Source: a virus
Lineage: Duplodnaviria > Caudoviricetes
Length of the DNA stretch: 64,000 nt
Direction: 5' to 3' (one strand)
IMG/VR virus record: IMGVR_UViG_3300014208_000023
Location: 1-64,000 of that record
Shown: in pieces, positions 1 to 9,942 of the stretch
Numbering within the stretch: position 1 is the stretch's first letter
How the letters are laid out: each line of letters starts with the position of its first letter
The notes under the pieces: generated by a model
Seen by the model: the letters and a program-made list of their open reading frames with translations, nothing else
What the model was told of the DNA's origin: nothing
Databases searched by the model: none
Position numbers and translations under genes: made by a program

Positions 1-176
1 AAGCGCCTTTTCGGCGGCCGGCTCTATGGCTTCTAACCTAGGAAAGATGGCTATGGTCTTCAGTAAGGCCCATAGCCCTTCCGGTAGTGAGTTATACTTT
101 TCAGCATGGCATTTCATATCAAGCCAACCCATTGAAGTAAGATACAAATTACCACAACGTATAACCCACCGTTTTT

Positions 177-593
177 TCATTGAAGACTAGTTTCTCTTTT
201 CAAAGCCAGGGCTGCTGCTTCACGCAATTTATTAATTACGTCTTCTTTGGTCTTCGCCTGATTATCATTAAAATAATAATCAAGACCGACATCGAATGCA
301 CAATTATGTGCAATCTGTAGTTGGCTTTTTACCGATCTTTGCCCCACCATAATGGCTGCCTTCTTCACATCTCTATTACCAAGGACCTCCTTGATTGCAG
401 AGTTACCACAAAATGCAATTGCGCCATGGGCACACATAGCACAAGCTCCGCTACTTTCTTCTGGCGGGGCAAGTCTGAAGAAGGCATTCTTTCCCCACTT
501 ACCTTCATTCTCAAGGTATCTTGCTGATTCAAAAAGTATCTCTGATGCTGTCTTTTCCATTTTACTGTCCATTAAGTTAAGAGTTATCGTCAC
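177..593 (-). CDS. hypothetical phage protein (W-x-K...C-x-x-GAI motif type)
   Basis: 138-aa ORF in minus-strand gene run. Confidence 0.7.
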   Translation of the reverse strand: MTITLNLMDSKMEKTASEILFESARYLENEGKWGKNAFFRLAPPEESSGACAMCAHGAIAFCGNSAIKEVLGNRDVKKAAIMVGQRSVKSQLQIAHNCAFDVGLDYYFNDNQAKTKEDVINKLREAAALALKRETSLQ

Positions 594-602
594 AACACGT
601 AT

Positions 603-923
603 CTAATATTTTCGAGACCTAACATTGTCTCCACGACGTTCAGACTTAAACTCTGCAACTTCCAGATCATATCTTTCATTGCGAGTTCTGTACGAACAGC
701 TAATGGTGTTGCCATCAACCGTAAAATTGTTGCTAGGACAATTTGGATGCCTATCTTTAAGCTCCTTAAGGCGAATAAGCAAACTATCTACTCTTCCGGC
801 TCTAAACTGTACCTGATCCATAACAAGATATGTTTTTTGTGGGGTGGCTGAAATAATATTTTCAACCTTGAAATCGGTAGTCAAATGTTCCGAGCTGTTT
901 TTCATTTTACCTACACATCCCAA
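603..923 (-). CDS. hypothetical protein
   Basis: ORF in co-directional run; no motif. Confidence 0.6.
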   Translation of the reverse strand: MGCVGKMKNSSEHLTTDFKVENIISATPQKTYLVMDQVQFRAGRVDSLLIRLKELKDRHPNCPSNNFTVDGNTISCSYRTRNERYDLEVAEFKSERRGDNVRSRKY

Positions 924-1440
924 GATTGATACAAGCTTTATGATCTAGGTCAGTAAAGTCGGGCGCCCCAAATGGGGCCATTAATGCTGCTCCGGTCTTA
1001 ATGTGACCATAACCAATAGCGTGACCCATCTCATGCATTACTACTGACTCGAAATGCGAGCGGTCTAGAATTTTTTCAGAACGCAAGTCATCTTCATCAA
1101 CAATAATATTGATGTTGCCACGATACTCCGAGGTCTGTCCAATAGCAGAATCTCTCGATGTCTTGCCAACATCAATTGCGCAATAGTCGCTATGGCCTGG
1201 CTGGACCGATGTTACTCTATATCCAACCCAGGCATTCCATCGATCAGAACTTTCCTGAATCCAAGATTGTTCTTCTGGAGAGAATGCGTCTGGGTTGTAT
1301 TTGAAAGACCCTTCACAATCAATTTTGCCAGTAGCAGAACAAGCCATTACGCTAACTGCAAAACAAAAACATGTCACAACGATACGTAATGACCTAACCA
1401 TAACGAGCCTACTTATCGGTGGCAGAGGTAATAAGAACAA
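907..1440 (-). CDS. matrixin-like zinc metalloprotease, probable lipoprotein
   Basis: HEMGHAIGYGH zincin motif, Met-turn ALMAP, hydrophobic N-terminus ending VMAC. Confidence 0.85.
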   Translation of the reverse strand: MFLLPLPPISRLVMVRSLRIVVTCFCFAVSVMACSATGKIDCEGSFKYNPDAFSPEEQSWIQESSDRWNAWVGYRVTSVQPGHSDYCAIDVGKTSRDSAIGQTSEYRGNINIIVDEDDLRSEKILDRSHFESVVMHEMGHAIGYGHIKTGAALMAPFGAPDFTDLDHKACINLGMCR

Positions 1441-1879
1441 GCTCGGCAGGAGTATATCGAGACTTGTAGTGAATGCCCTTATGAGGACCGGTCTTTAGGA
1501 CGAGAAACTTATCTGGCTGACCGGCAAGCACTGCCTGAATGCGAACTGCGGCATCCTTGCAGGTCTTATCATCGGGACAAATGCCTAGAGCATTGATTGC
1601 CATTCTAGCGAGGGTTGGGGTAGAGATATGAAGAAGGTTAGAATACTTCTTCTCGCTCCATACCTTGATAGCAGCTTCGCCTAGCTTTGCCGTAATAGGA
1701 TCGTCCTTGGCAGCAAACTCTTCTGCCGCCTTCTTTGCAGCAAGAGCAGTAGCATCAACATCAACCTTGCCATTATCACCACGAACTGGGAAATAGCAGA
1801 ACATACCATTATTGAGATTCATAGTTTTATCCTTTGGCTGGGGACGACACTGCCCCGTCACACCTAGTAACATAATCAT
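1409..1879 (-). CDS. hypothetical protein, paralog of 45571..46110 (possible winged helix)
   Basis: manual alignment, e.g. LARMAINALG vs VAKMAIGILG and GIHYKSR vs GYHYKKR. Confidence 0.7.
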   Translation of the reverse strand: MIMLLGVTGQCRPQPKDKTMNLNNGMFCYFPVRGDNGKVDVDATALAAKKAAEEFAAKDDPITAKLGEAAIKVWSEKKYSNLLHISTPTLARMAINALGICPDDKTCKDAAVRIQAVLAGQPDKFLVLKTGPHKGIHYKSRYTPAELVLITSATDK

Positions 1880-1946
1880 CGTAGCGGTATAGTCAAGGGG
1901 TGCCGAGGGCGAATCGGTGGCACGGAACGTGCAAGCTCTGCCGTGG

Positions 1947-2330
1947 CTACTTCAATCCCAGCTTCTTAAAGAGATCGATGTTATATTCGCCAAATCTGCC
2001 AGCAATCAATTCATCGAATGAGCACCAACGGCACTCAGCTTCGTTGGGTTGAGTTGCTGGCTCTCCGGTAGTATCTCCCATATAGGTAATGACAATTCCC
2101 TTGTCATACTCTCTACGATAGACTTCCACTGGCCTAGATAGGATCAGGCCTGATTCTTCTTTGCATTCTCTGATGGCGGCGGCTTCTGGGGTAGAATCAG
2201 AAATATCGATTTTCCCACCTAAAAGGCCAAATGATTTTGGATCGTTTTTTCTAGCAATTCCTACTGCTTTACCGTCTGGTAATTTATCATCTAAAATTAG
2301 AATGCAAACAGCATATATTAAATGCGTCAT
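1947..2330 (-). CDS. Nudix hydrolase
   Basis: Nudix box GGKIDISDSTPEAAAIRECKEESGL. Confidence 0.92.
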   Translation of the reverse strand: MTHLIYAVCILILDDKLPDGKAVGIARKNDPKSFGLLGGKIDISDSTPEAAAIRECKEESGLILSRPVEVYRREYDKGIVITYMGDTTGEPATQPNEAECRWCSFDELIAGRFGEYNIDLFKKLGLK

Positions 2331-2382
2331 AAAATCTTACTTATCCACCTTACAATATGAGAGTCCGTGATATATAAATGGT

Positions 2383-3195
2383 ATGACCAAACATACTTAT
2401 AATTTGCAAACGTTTTATAATGAAGACGCAATTAGCTATTATCTACTTGGCGCTTTTATAACTGATGGTTGCATTTATGTTAGAAAAACAAGACCAAACA
2501 CAAAAATCGTTTCTATTAGCAGTGCCGATCGTGATTGGATGGAAATCATTAATCGATATATTAGTCCGAATAAACCAATTCTGATTACAAAAGAAAATTG
2601 CTTCACATTACAGCTATCATCAACGGAGCTGGCTAATTGGCTAGAATTAAATGGATGTTACCCTAGAAAATCACTAACTGTGAAATTTCCAATTATACCG
2701 GAACAATATTTAATAGATTTTATTCGTGGATGTTGGGATGGAGACGGATCCCTATCTTTTACCAAAAGTGGTAATGGTGGTAAAAACTACCAATCACAGG
2801 GAAACTTAACTTCAGGAAGCCTGGCATTTTGCCAGGCCATGCGCGATCATTTAATTAAATTAAATATTGCATGCAAAATATATAAACACGGCCGATCGGA
2901 AAGACTCATAGATGGCAGGAGTCTTAAACCAAGTAATGCTTGGAGGGTCGTAATTTCTAGCGGACTAGATGTATATAAGCTTGTAAAGTTGATTTATGAA
3001 CGCCCAATAATTGTAATGCCGAGAAAAGCCAACGTTGCCAATCTAATAATTAGTCATCACGAAAAAAAATTTTTCTGTATTAAATGCGGTGGTGAGTTAC
3101 TGATTTTGGCTAATGGTTATAAAAAACAATATTGTAATCAATGTTTGCGGCTTCATCGCAACGAACGACAAAGAGAATTATACAATGCAAAATAG
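2383..3195 (+). CDS. LAGLIDADG homing endonuclease
   Basis: two motifs YLLGAFITDG and FIRGCWDGDG; AT-rich; opposite strand to neighbours; C-terminal CxxC pairs. Confidence 0.9.
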   Translation: MTKHTYNLQTFYNEDAISYYLLGAFITDGCIYVRKTRPNTKIVSISSADRDWMEIINRYISPNKPILITKENCFTLQLSSTELANWLELNGCYPRKSLTVKFPIIPEQYLIDFIRGCWDGDGSLSFTKSGNGGKNYQSQGNLTSGSLAFCQAMRDHLIKLNIACKIYKHGRSERLIDGRSLKPSNAWRVVISSGLDVYKLVKLIYERPIIVMPRKANVANLIISHHEKKFFCIKCGGELLILANGYKKQYCNQCLRLHRNERQRELYNAK

Positions 3196-3215
3196 AGCAT
3201 ATACCGCATAAATAT

Positions 3216-3572
3216 TCATTTCATCTTACCTAGAGCTCTAACGGAGCTTTCCTCAACAATTATTCCGTTTAGATAGAATATGCTGCCTTGATTATCAACA
3301 TAGGCAGGGCCATCTTCCCTATGATAGTGATTATTTTTGAGCCAGCCTTTACAATCTGGGCGATCAATTGCCGGACCATCTAATCTATGAATCTGACCGT
3401 GGTTGAACCAATGCTTGGTGGATCCATCAGACGATGTATATGCTGGGCCATCCTCCCTATGGGCTCTGCCGTCTTGGTCTGTCCAATGTTCGGAGCCGTC
3501 AATGCTGCGGCGGCATATTGAAAAATCCTCTAACTCTTCAGTTGAAAGAAACTTATCAGTTACGAACTTCAT
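3216..3572 (-). CDS. HRxDGPA-repeat protein (copy 1 of 3)
   Basis: HREDGPA/HRLDGPA repeats; ends VRALGKMK. Confidence 0.85.
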   Translation of the reverse strand: MKFVTDKFLSTEELEDFSICRRSIDGSEHWTDQDGRAHREDGPAYTSSDGSTKHWFNHGQIHRLDGPAIDRPDCKGWLKNNHYHREDGPAYVDNQGSIFYLNGIIVEESSVRALGKMK

Positions 3573-3940
3573 TTCATTTTGCCTAGCGCTCTAACGGCTT
3601 CTTCCGTTACTTCGGCGCCATTAAGAAAATACTGCTTATTGCCATTCATTTTGTTGGTGTATGCTGGACCACCTTCTCTGTGATAGAGGGCGTCGATGAA
3701 CCAACCTTCCCAACTTGGCATTGATACTGCTGGGCCATCTACCCTGTGAAATGCGCCATGCTTATACCAACTATAAGACCCGTTATTATAAATAATAGCT
3801 GGACCATCTTCTCTATGAAGGCCACCTTTCTTATCTACCCAGCGTTCTTTGTAAGAGCCAGGCGTAATCGTATCTCGTTTTGAGAAGTCTTCTAACTCTT
3901 CTTTGCAGAGGAAGATTTTATTTCCGACAACAAGGATCAT
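3569..3940 (-). CDS. HRxDGPA-repeat protein (copy 2 of 3)
   Basis: HREDGPA/HRVDGPA repeats; ends VRALGKMK; ATGA overlaps. Confidence 0.85.
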   Translation of the reverse strand: MILVVGNKIFLCKEELEDFSKRDTITPGSYKERWVDKKGGLHREDGPAIIYNNGSYSWYKHGAFHRVDGPAVSMPSWEGWFIDALYHREGGPAYTNKMNGNKQYFLNGAEVTEEAVRALGKMK

Positions 3941-4302
3941 TTCATTTTTCCTAAAGCCCTAACATCGGACTCTGAAGCTGGTTTGCCGTGTAGAAAATAC
4001 AATGACGGAAGACCATCCCTGATAAGGGCCGGGCCATCTTCTCTATGGGTAATGCCGTTGATTAGCCATTGCGTTACTCCTGGCGTTTCAATAGCTGGAC
4101 CGTCTGTCCTATGTAGTTGGCCATGACAATACCAGTATTTGACTTGGCCGCCATTGCCTATGTAAGCTGGGCCATCCTCTCGATGGCAGTTGCCTTGCTT
4201 ATCAATCCATTTAGTAGAATCGCCAGCAATGAATGTGGTATCGATGATAGAGAAATCCTCTAGCTGTTCTGTAGAAAGAAACTTTTCTGTTACGAATTTC
4301 AT
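3937..4302 (-). CDS. HRxDGPA-repeat protein (copy 3 of 3)
   Basis: HREDGPA/HRTDGPA repeats; ends VRALGKMK. Confidence 0.85.
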   Translation of the reverse strand: MKFVTEKFLSTEQLEDFSIIDTTFIAGDSTKWIDKQGNCHREDGPAYIGNGGQVKYWYCHGQLHRTDGPAIETPGVTQWLINGITHREDGPALIRDGLPSLYFLHGKPASESDVRALGKMK

Positions 4303-4320
4303 TTGTGTCTTTCCAATTAG

Positions 4321-4393
4321 CGTCCCCGGCAGGACTTGAACCTGCGACCGATCGGTTAGAAACCGATTGCTCTATCCACTGAGCTACAGGGAC
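4321..4393 (-). tRNA. trnR: tRNA-Arg(UCU)
   Basis: cloverleaf GTCCCTG..CGGGGAC, AC arm ATCGG TT-TCT-AA CCGAT, T loop TTCAAGT; CCA not encoded. Confidence 0.95.
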
Positions 4394-4399
4394 ATAGTA

Positions 4400-4855
4400 T
4401 CACTTAACGATAGTTGAAACTAACCAATAGATGATTGCGTAGTGAGTCATGTGATGAACGAACTGATCAAAACCAATGCTCCACCAAAAGAAAGTATTGC
4501 CTCTAACTTGTTTCGGCGTTGCTGCTAGATATGTCTCGGCCGTGAGGGGCTTAAACCTCCCAAGAAACTTTCTTGATGCCTTTATCCTATCCATAGCAAA
4601 ATGGCAGGCCCCATCCCATATCGGAAGCAAGAAGCAATTCATTCTCCAATGAGTATTGTTGGGATCCACAATTGCATAGAATCCAAGCAATATAACAAAA
4701 GTTATAACGGCATGAACTGCGGCATGAGCAAGTAACGGCTTTTCCCATCCACTATCCTTAAACTTACCAAGCATATACTTGGTTTGTAGAGGATAGTCCG
4801 CAACGAAATGCTTGACCTGAAATGCCACGAGCAATATGATTATTGTAGTTATCAT
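4400..4855 (-). CDS. DUF3307-like membrane protein
   Basis: HFVADYPLQ, HAAVH, HFAMD, DQFVH His motifs with TM segments. Confidence 0.8.
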   Translation of the reverse strand: MITTIIILLVAFQVKHFVADYPLQTKYMLGKFKDSGWEKPLLAHAAVHAVITFVILLGFYAIVDPNNTHWRMNCFLLPIWDGACHFAMDRIKASRKFLGRFKPLTAETYLAATPKQVRGNTFFWWSIGFDQFVHHMTHYAIIYWLVSTIVK

Positions 4856-5100
4856 CTGATATTTTTTCTAGGAAATCCTACGATAAAAAGATTAATCATC
4901 GCATAAAAGAATGCGCCGAAGAAAGAATTAAACACTCTTGTATTCTCATCGTAGAGCCAAGTGTGGCCTTCATTATCGCAGAATAAATCTCCCCACCCCA
5001 GAATCCATCCACCTGATCTAGGAAAACGATCCCTAAGTAAATAGGGCAATAGCATTGGTGGTTCGGCAGGAGGGCGTTTCATTTTTGATCTGGAATCCAA
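4852..5100 (-). CDS. hypothetical protein
   Basis: ORF overlapping neighbour by ATGA. Confidence 0.55.
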   Translation of the reverse strand: MDSRSKMKRPPAEPPMLLPYLLRDRFPRSGGWILGWGDLFCDNEGHTWLYDENTRVFNSFFGAFFYAMINLFIVGFPRKNIR

Positions 5101-5624
5101 GTTGTTAATGGCCGCCCAAGAAGCTCTGTTGCTTCAAAATATCCAAAGCCACTACGCTCTGCGATCCGTTCTGCGCTTTGACTGCGGCCATATTGGATCG
5201 CATATTTTTCCCACACTTCAAGATGCTCTCTCCAAGAGATTGAACCAGGCTCTTTAGTGGGATACTTTTTACGCATCCAATTATCTGGTGGAGTCCAGTA
5301 GGGACCAGTGCCTTGAACTGGCGCGCGTCGGATTCTGATTGAGCAATCTTTACACCACGGACCAGGCTTCGGCCAATTATGATACTCTGCCCATTTTCCG
5401 CAAACGCAACGATCGTGCGCTTCACATGGAGAATCTGATTCGGAGCAGATACAATTTGGTTTATCTGCCGACCAATCAGAAGGATGCTCCGTGGGCAGAT
5501 TGGACGAATCCATCTTACTTGGCAGCCTTGTATGCCTTGCCAAGCTCCGTAAGGCAGAGCCCACCCTTGTATCGGCCCTTATTGCTTTCAACTCGCTCAT
5601 CGCGGTTAATGAAAAGGCTGACAA
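5079..5624 (-). CDS. Cys-rich hypothetical protein (true start probably at MDSSNL, ~5510)
   Basis: ORF; 5' part overlaps 5515..5802. Confidence 0.55.
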   Translation of the reverse strand: MSAFSLTAMSELKAIRADTRVGSALRSLARHTRLPSKMDSSNLPTEHPSDWSADKPNCICSESDSPCEAHDRCVCGKWAEYHNWPKPGPWCKDCSIRIRRAPVQGTGPYWTPPDNWMRKKYPTKEPGSISWREHLEVWEKYAIQYGRSQSAERIAERSGFGYFEATELLGRPLTTWIPDQK

Positions 5625-5802
5625 GAGGAGCGACGAGAGAAAGGCTCAGTCCGGTCTCTGCTGCAAGATCCTTGGCAAGGATGGTTGTGCCATACTTCTC
5701 AGGCATCTTACCATCAATGAAGTCCTCAATCATCTCGGCGGTGCGAGCGATGATGCGGTTGCAGTCTTGCGTGGTCTCTTCGGTAGCTTTTTCTTTAGAC
5801 AT
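5515..5802 (-). CDS. putative winged-helix protein
   Basis: AKDLAAETGLSLSLV helix pattern plus wing-like VESNKGRYKGG. Confidence 0.55.
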   Translation of the reverse strand: MSKEKATEETTQDCNRIIARTAEMIEDFIDGKMPEKYGTTILAKDLAAETGLSLSLVAPLVSLFINRDERVESNKGRYKGGLCLTELGKAYKAAK

Positions 5803-6058
5803 TTTGTTTTCCTGTATCTTGCTTTTTAAACCAAGGACTATTAGGGTTCCTTGGTGTAGGAGTTTGTTTTTCTAGATAGTCTGCCTGAGCAATAGCCTCA
5901 CCGTCACTCAATGCTTTATCGTAATCTTTATAGCCTGACTGTTCGTGAATATGTTCGTTGCCACATTTTACGAAAAGCCATCCTCCATGGCTTCCAGTCA
6001 GGACTGAGACCTTATATGTAAGAGAACCTATTACGATCTCTTTTTCTTTCTCATCCAT
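5795..6058 (-). CDS. hypothetical protein
   Basis: ORF in run. Confidence 0.6.
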   Translation of the reverse strand: MDEKEKEIVIGSLTYKVSVLTGSHGGWLFVKCGNEHIHEQSGYKDYDKALSDGEAIAQADYLEKQTPTPRNPNSPWFKKQDTGKQNV

Positions 6059-6199
6059 TGTTCTAAAATCCGTAAATGGGGGAAGGTAGGTTGCCGCTTG
6101 AATTAATTTTCAATGACTTGATAACTCGCTTAGAACGAATGTGATGCATCATCGGCTTAACAATGCTATTGAGCTTTAGAAGAATGCGATTGAAGAATC

Positions 6200-6424
6200 T
6201 CATTTCTCATCTCTAAAACAAAATAGGCCATTGCCACTAGAAGTCCATGACATATAACATGTCACTTGTCCAACGTCATCATGAATTTTTACTACTGAAA
6301 GAGTGCCTGGCCCATCAAACTCTTCGGTGATGCGTAGATTTGATTTCGCTTTGGTTTCTGAACTTACATCACAAGCAACTAGAGTAACGATGGCTGCTGC
6401 AATTACAAAAAGAAAACTCTTCAT
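6200..6424 (-). CDS. small lipoprotein
   Basis: signal peptide with LVAC lipobox. Confidence 0.7.
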   Translation of the reverse strand: MKSFLFVIAAAIVTLVACDVSSETKAKSNLRITEEFDGPGTLSVVKIHDDVGQVTCYMSWTSSGNGLFCFRDEK

Positions 6425-6569
6425 TGTTACCTGCCTATAGCTTTAAAACAACTTACGATGGCGACGTTGCAGCCATACATAAAAAATATAATTGAAATGA
6501 TTACTGCCCCACTAACCAGGAGTAGCTTGCACCATTCAAAAAATGGCATATTAATTCTGTTCTTCATTT

Positions 6570-6848
6570 TTAAGTTTCTTCAAATCTAAAATTGAAGTTT
6601 TTCATTGCTCCACTGAATGTTGAGCGATAGGCCGGCTCTGTAAAAGATCCGTGTTCCCACCGCCAATTATGCTTGTCCCACTTGAGGCGTTCTCTATATA
6701 CGGAGTATGGGATCTTACTAATTGGTAATACCGTAACTACAAAACGTTCTGCCGAAGTAACACTACTAAAAACAATTGGTGATGCCGTAATTATATTTGC
6801 CTGATTATAAATCTGGCTAATTACCGCGTTTTTACTTGGCTCTATCAT
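6570..6848 (-). CDS. hypothetical protein
   Basis: ORF in run. Confidence 0.55.
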   Translation of the reverse strand: MIEPSKNAVISQIYNQANIITASPIVFSSVTSAERFVVTVLPISKIPYSVYRERLKWDKHNWRWEHGSFTEPAYRSTFSGAMKNFNFRFEET

Positions 6849-6869
6849 TAGATACGTTTTGTCTTTCTT

Positions 6870-7118
6870 TTATAGTTGCGACTGTTCTTCTTCTACTGGC
6901 GGGTAGTTCTGAACAATAAATTTCTTGAGGTCGGAAGGAGTAACCATACCATCGGCGGTCTTATTTTCCTTGCCGAAACGGATGGCTTCGGCCGACCTAC
7001 CAGTCACCTTTTCAAGGGTTAGGATTGTTTTCTTTTCATCCCTTGGGTTTTTTAGAACAACGTTGTTCTTGCCAATCATGTATTCCCAAGTTTCGTTATC
7101 GACCACAATCTTACGCAT
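6870..7118 (-). CDS. hypothetical protein
   Basis: ORF in run. Confidence 0.65.
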   Translation of the reverse strand: MRKIVVDNETWEYMIGKNNVVLKNPRDEKKTILTLEKVTGRSAEAIRFGKENKTADGMVTPSDLKKFIVQNYPPVEEEQSQL

Positions 7119-7132
7119 TACTTTTTAATTAC

Positions 7133-7348
7133 CTAATAGAGGTGAGGGTTGTTTCTTTTATCGCAAATTGAGTAACGGTATTTTTTACTATCTACAAATA
7201 GTTTTAATTTGTCCATAGTATGAGGGCCAGTTGGGCAATAGGCCACTTGCTGTTCTCGTGCTCCATATACGAAATGTATTCCATATCTTGAACCACAAGC
7301 AGAGCATAGCCTATCATAATTTCGATCTATGATATTCGGTCTTCCCAT
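7133..7348 (-). CDS. hypothetical protein
   Basis: ORF with GAGGG RBS downstream of a sigma70 promoter. Confidence 0.65.
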   Translation of the reverse strand: MGRPNIIDRNYDRLCSACGSRYGIHFVYGAREQQVAYCPTGPHTMDKLKLFVDSKKYRYSICDKRNNPHLY

Positions 7349-7363
7349 CGCCCTCTACCTTTC

Positions 7364-7392
7364 ATAATACGCACGATCAGCACGCCTGTCAA
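7364..7392 (-). promoter_or_regulatory. sigma70-type promoter
   Basis: TTGACA-17 nt-TATTAT. Confidence 0.75.
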
Positions 7393-7601
7393 GAGGGTGG
7401 TCGTCGGGAAAATAGCGTGCCAGCGTCATCCCCATCCCGGCCGAGATTTGGTTCCCACTATGAGCTGACATTGGAGATAATAGATTATCTCTTCTTTATT
7501 TTTTTTATCGGGTTCTTCAATGCCAACATAGGCTGCCAGCCGTCGCAGGTATTCTTCGCTAGAATCTCTGGCGGCTTTCTCTGATATCTGACGGGCCACG
7601 A

Positions 7602-7838
7602 TTATTCATCATGTTTCTTGTAGGACATTTCTAGCGTCACTTTTACTTGCCATTCACCGATAGGCTTAATACTGCCACGACTTTCTCCTACTTTAAGATC
7701 GTGGCTCTTATACATTGTGAAGTGCGATTTGTTATCCGATTCTATAATCGGATCCTTATCAGCCCCATCAGCACTACCAAACGTTTTTGACTTCATTAAA
7801 GAAGACATAACATCTTCGGTTACTTCTTTTATATTCAT
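7602..7838 (-). CDS. hypothetical protein
   Basis: ORF in run. Confidence 0.6.
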   Translation of the reverse strand: MNIKEVTEDVMSSLMKSKTFGSADGADKDPIIESDNKSHFTMYKSHDLKVGESRGSIKPIGEWQVKVTLEMSYKKHDE

Positions 7839-7943
7839 TTGGTGTGTGCCTTATGTTTTACCTTGGTATGATACCAGGCATGGAGTTTATGGAAGAATGC
7901 TCCTATGAAAGGAAATGTAGATATTAAAAGCAATGTCTCGTCA

Positions 7944-8720
7944 TTACACCAATGCATTGATATAATCCTTCCATCTAATGGATTTTCTACTCATTTGTTT
8001 GGGCATATAATCTTTTATATATTCAATATATTTAAGGACTTCCGATTTTTTACTTATATAAAGATAAAATCCTTTATCTAAATCCTTCATTGAATTTTTT
8101 CTAGCAATTTTGAATTGTATATCTATTGCTTGGTGTAGCAAGCTTTGTAAGAATTCCACTTCTTTTTTTAAGAAGGAATCAGTATATAAAGAAATCCTTA
8201 ATCCTTTTTTGGATGAGCCGCAACGAACAACGCTTCCGTCGTCACAAAACCAAATTGCACATATTAAAGGTGTTAGTCTTAACTCTAAAGGAATTATTTT
8301 GGTTGCGTTGATATACCACTTATTTTTAATCGACGAAATGACCGGGGACACCTGCGTCCTAAACGAACAGCTTTTGTATATCTTATTGGTTCTGGCGTCT
8401 AAAGTATTAGTTACTTTAATGCCAGACATACAAAAATCTTTATATAAATAGAATTGGTATTCTAAATATTCCAAATCAATTATTGATCTCTTAATTGAGA
8501 TGCCAGAATTGATTTGGTTTTTGTATTGATACAACGAAGTGTCGCCAAGGAGTCCTCCAATCAAAACTTGAAGTTGAGTTTCGGTTAAAGAAGTAGGTGG
8601 TTTAGAATTAAACTTCCAAGCACCATTACTTATTTTATAGTATCTGGCCTTATCATAACAAGGCTTACATTTTTTCTGACCAGTGGAGGGCGCGTCATTT
8701 TGACATGTTATACACTTCAT
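7944..8720 (-). CDS. LAGLIDADG homing endonuclease (two-motif type)
   Basis: VLIGGLLGDTSL and AIWFCDDGS motifs; AT-rich; N-terminal CxxC. Confidence 0.9.
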   Translation of the reverse strand: MKCITCQNDAPSTGQKKCKPCYDKARYYKISNGAWKFNSKPPTSLTETQLQVLIGGLLGDTSLYQYKNQINSGISIKRSIIDLEYLEYQFYLYKDFCMSGIKVTNTLDARTNKIYKSCSFRTQVSPVISSIKNKWYINATKIIPLELRLTPLICAIWFCDDGSVVRCGSSKKGLRISLYTDSFLKKEVEFLQSLLHQAIDIQFKIARKNSMKDLDKGFYLYISKKSEVLKYIEYIKDYMPKQMSRKSIRWKDYINALV

Positions 8721-8770
8721 AAAAAGTATATATCATATCATTCACTTTTGTGAAGTAGAAACTACGCTAA

Positions 8771-9322
8771 TCAGTTTTTGAACTGCGAGAAACAATTGTT
8801 TGAGCAAGAATTCAGCGCCTTGCCATCGTCCGAACTAAAGATGGTAATCCAAAGATTGCAGCACGTTGGAGTCTTGGCTAGACAATCAGAACAATCCTGT
8901 GATGGAGTGCTAATCGGATAACTATTAGCCCTTACTGTATCACAAGTCGGGCCGGCGTCAGGATCAACTGACGGCTGATAGTTCTTACCAACAACAAGAC
9001 CGTTGCAGACTGGTTCGCAACTTCCAGCCAGAAAGCAACTGTTATCTAGCTGCTTATTCTGCGCGGCCTGCTTTGGATATTTTGACTCACAAACCGCGAC
9101 ACACTCTGCCTGGTTGGTTGGAGTCTTCGGCCCGGCGTCAGTAACCGCTGTGGCGTCCTCTACGGAGAGGCCAGCATCGCTAGCGGCTTCATTGCCGGCA
9201 TCGTCATAGGATGGCTGCGTAGAATCGCTGTGATTACTCGTTGGGCTCGGTGACTTGTCAGCCGAGCTGGAACCACACGCCACGACCGCTAGCATCAGAC
9301 CAATAGACATAAACGTTTTCAT
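8771..9322 (-). CDS. Cys-rich lipoprotein, myxobacterial style
   Basis: VVAC lipobox, DAG-rich low-complexity linker, about 12 Cys. Confidence 0.8.
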   Translation of the reverse strand: MKTFMSIGLMLAVVACGSSSADKSPSPTSNHSDSTQPSYDDAGNEAASDAGLSVEDATAVTDAGPKTPTNQAECVAVCESKYPKQAAQNKQLDNSCFLAGSCEPVCNGLVVGKNYQPSVDPDAGPTCDTVRANSYPISTPSQDCSDCLAKTPTCCNLWITIFSSDDGKALNSCSNNCFSQFKN

Positions 9323-9624
9323 TTTACTTCCTCATAACTCGTAGTTTTACTTACGATTAGTAACTAGTGATTAGGTATCCGAATTAAACTTCTTTAAATA
9401 AATTCCGCCCTAAACAATCCTTGGCAGCGATCGGTTGTAGAGCGGAAACTCCTATGTATTATGGACCATATCCTGTAGTGGATCCATTTCAAATAGACGA
9501 CGAGCTTCATTGATCGAAGCGGTAGATACCGTTCCAACATCAACATCGCATCCTGTTTGATCGAAATCATTAATGATGTTCTTGAGGGCCTGCTCAAGAT
9601 CGGTTCTGGTTACGTCCGCAATAC

Positions 9625-9942
9625 TCATTCGTTTCCTTTACATCGGCAAATCCACCAAACCGGCGTGGTATCGGATCGCGTAAGAAACTGATCTGGCCTA
9701 CATTCTACTTTTGCATAAGCTCCAGTAGAATACACTGTATCTTGACAATCACTAGTAATTTTGCTAACTACTTTTGTCTTCACAAAAGTATTTACAACTA
9801 GTGCTCCAACTAGAAAGCCTACAAAAGCAGACCCTAGATATTTAACTGGCCTAGAATAGTTCTTTGGAATTTTTATGTCGTCTAGTTTCATTGATCTGTA
9901 TGGAGAGTCATATGAAGATTGAATTTCACGAGATGGAGTCAT
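9625..9942 (-). CDS. membrane-anchored hypothetical protein
   Basis: single hydrophobic segment. Confidence 0.6.
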   Translation of the reverse strand: MTPSREIQSSYDSPYRSMKLDDIKIPKNYSRPVKYLGSAFVGFLVGALVVNTFVKTKVVSKITSDCQDTVYSTGAYAKVECRPDQFLTRSDTTPVWWICRCKGNE

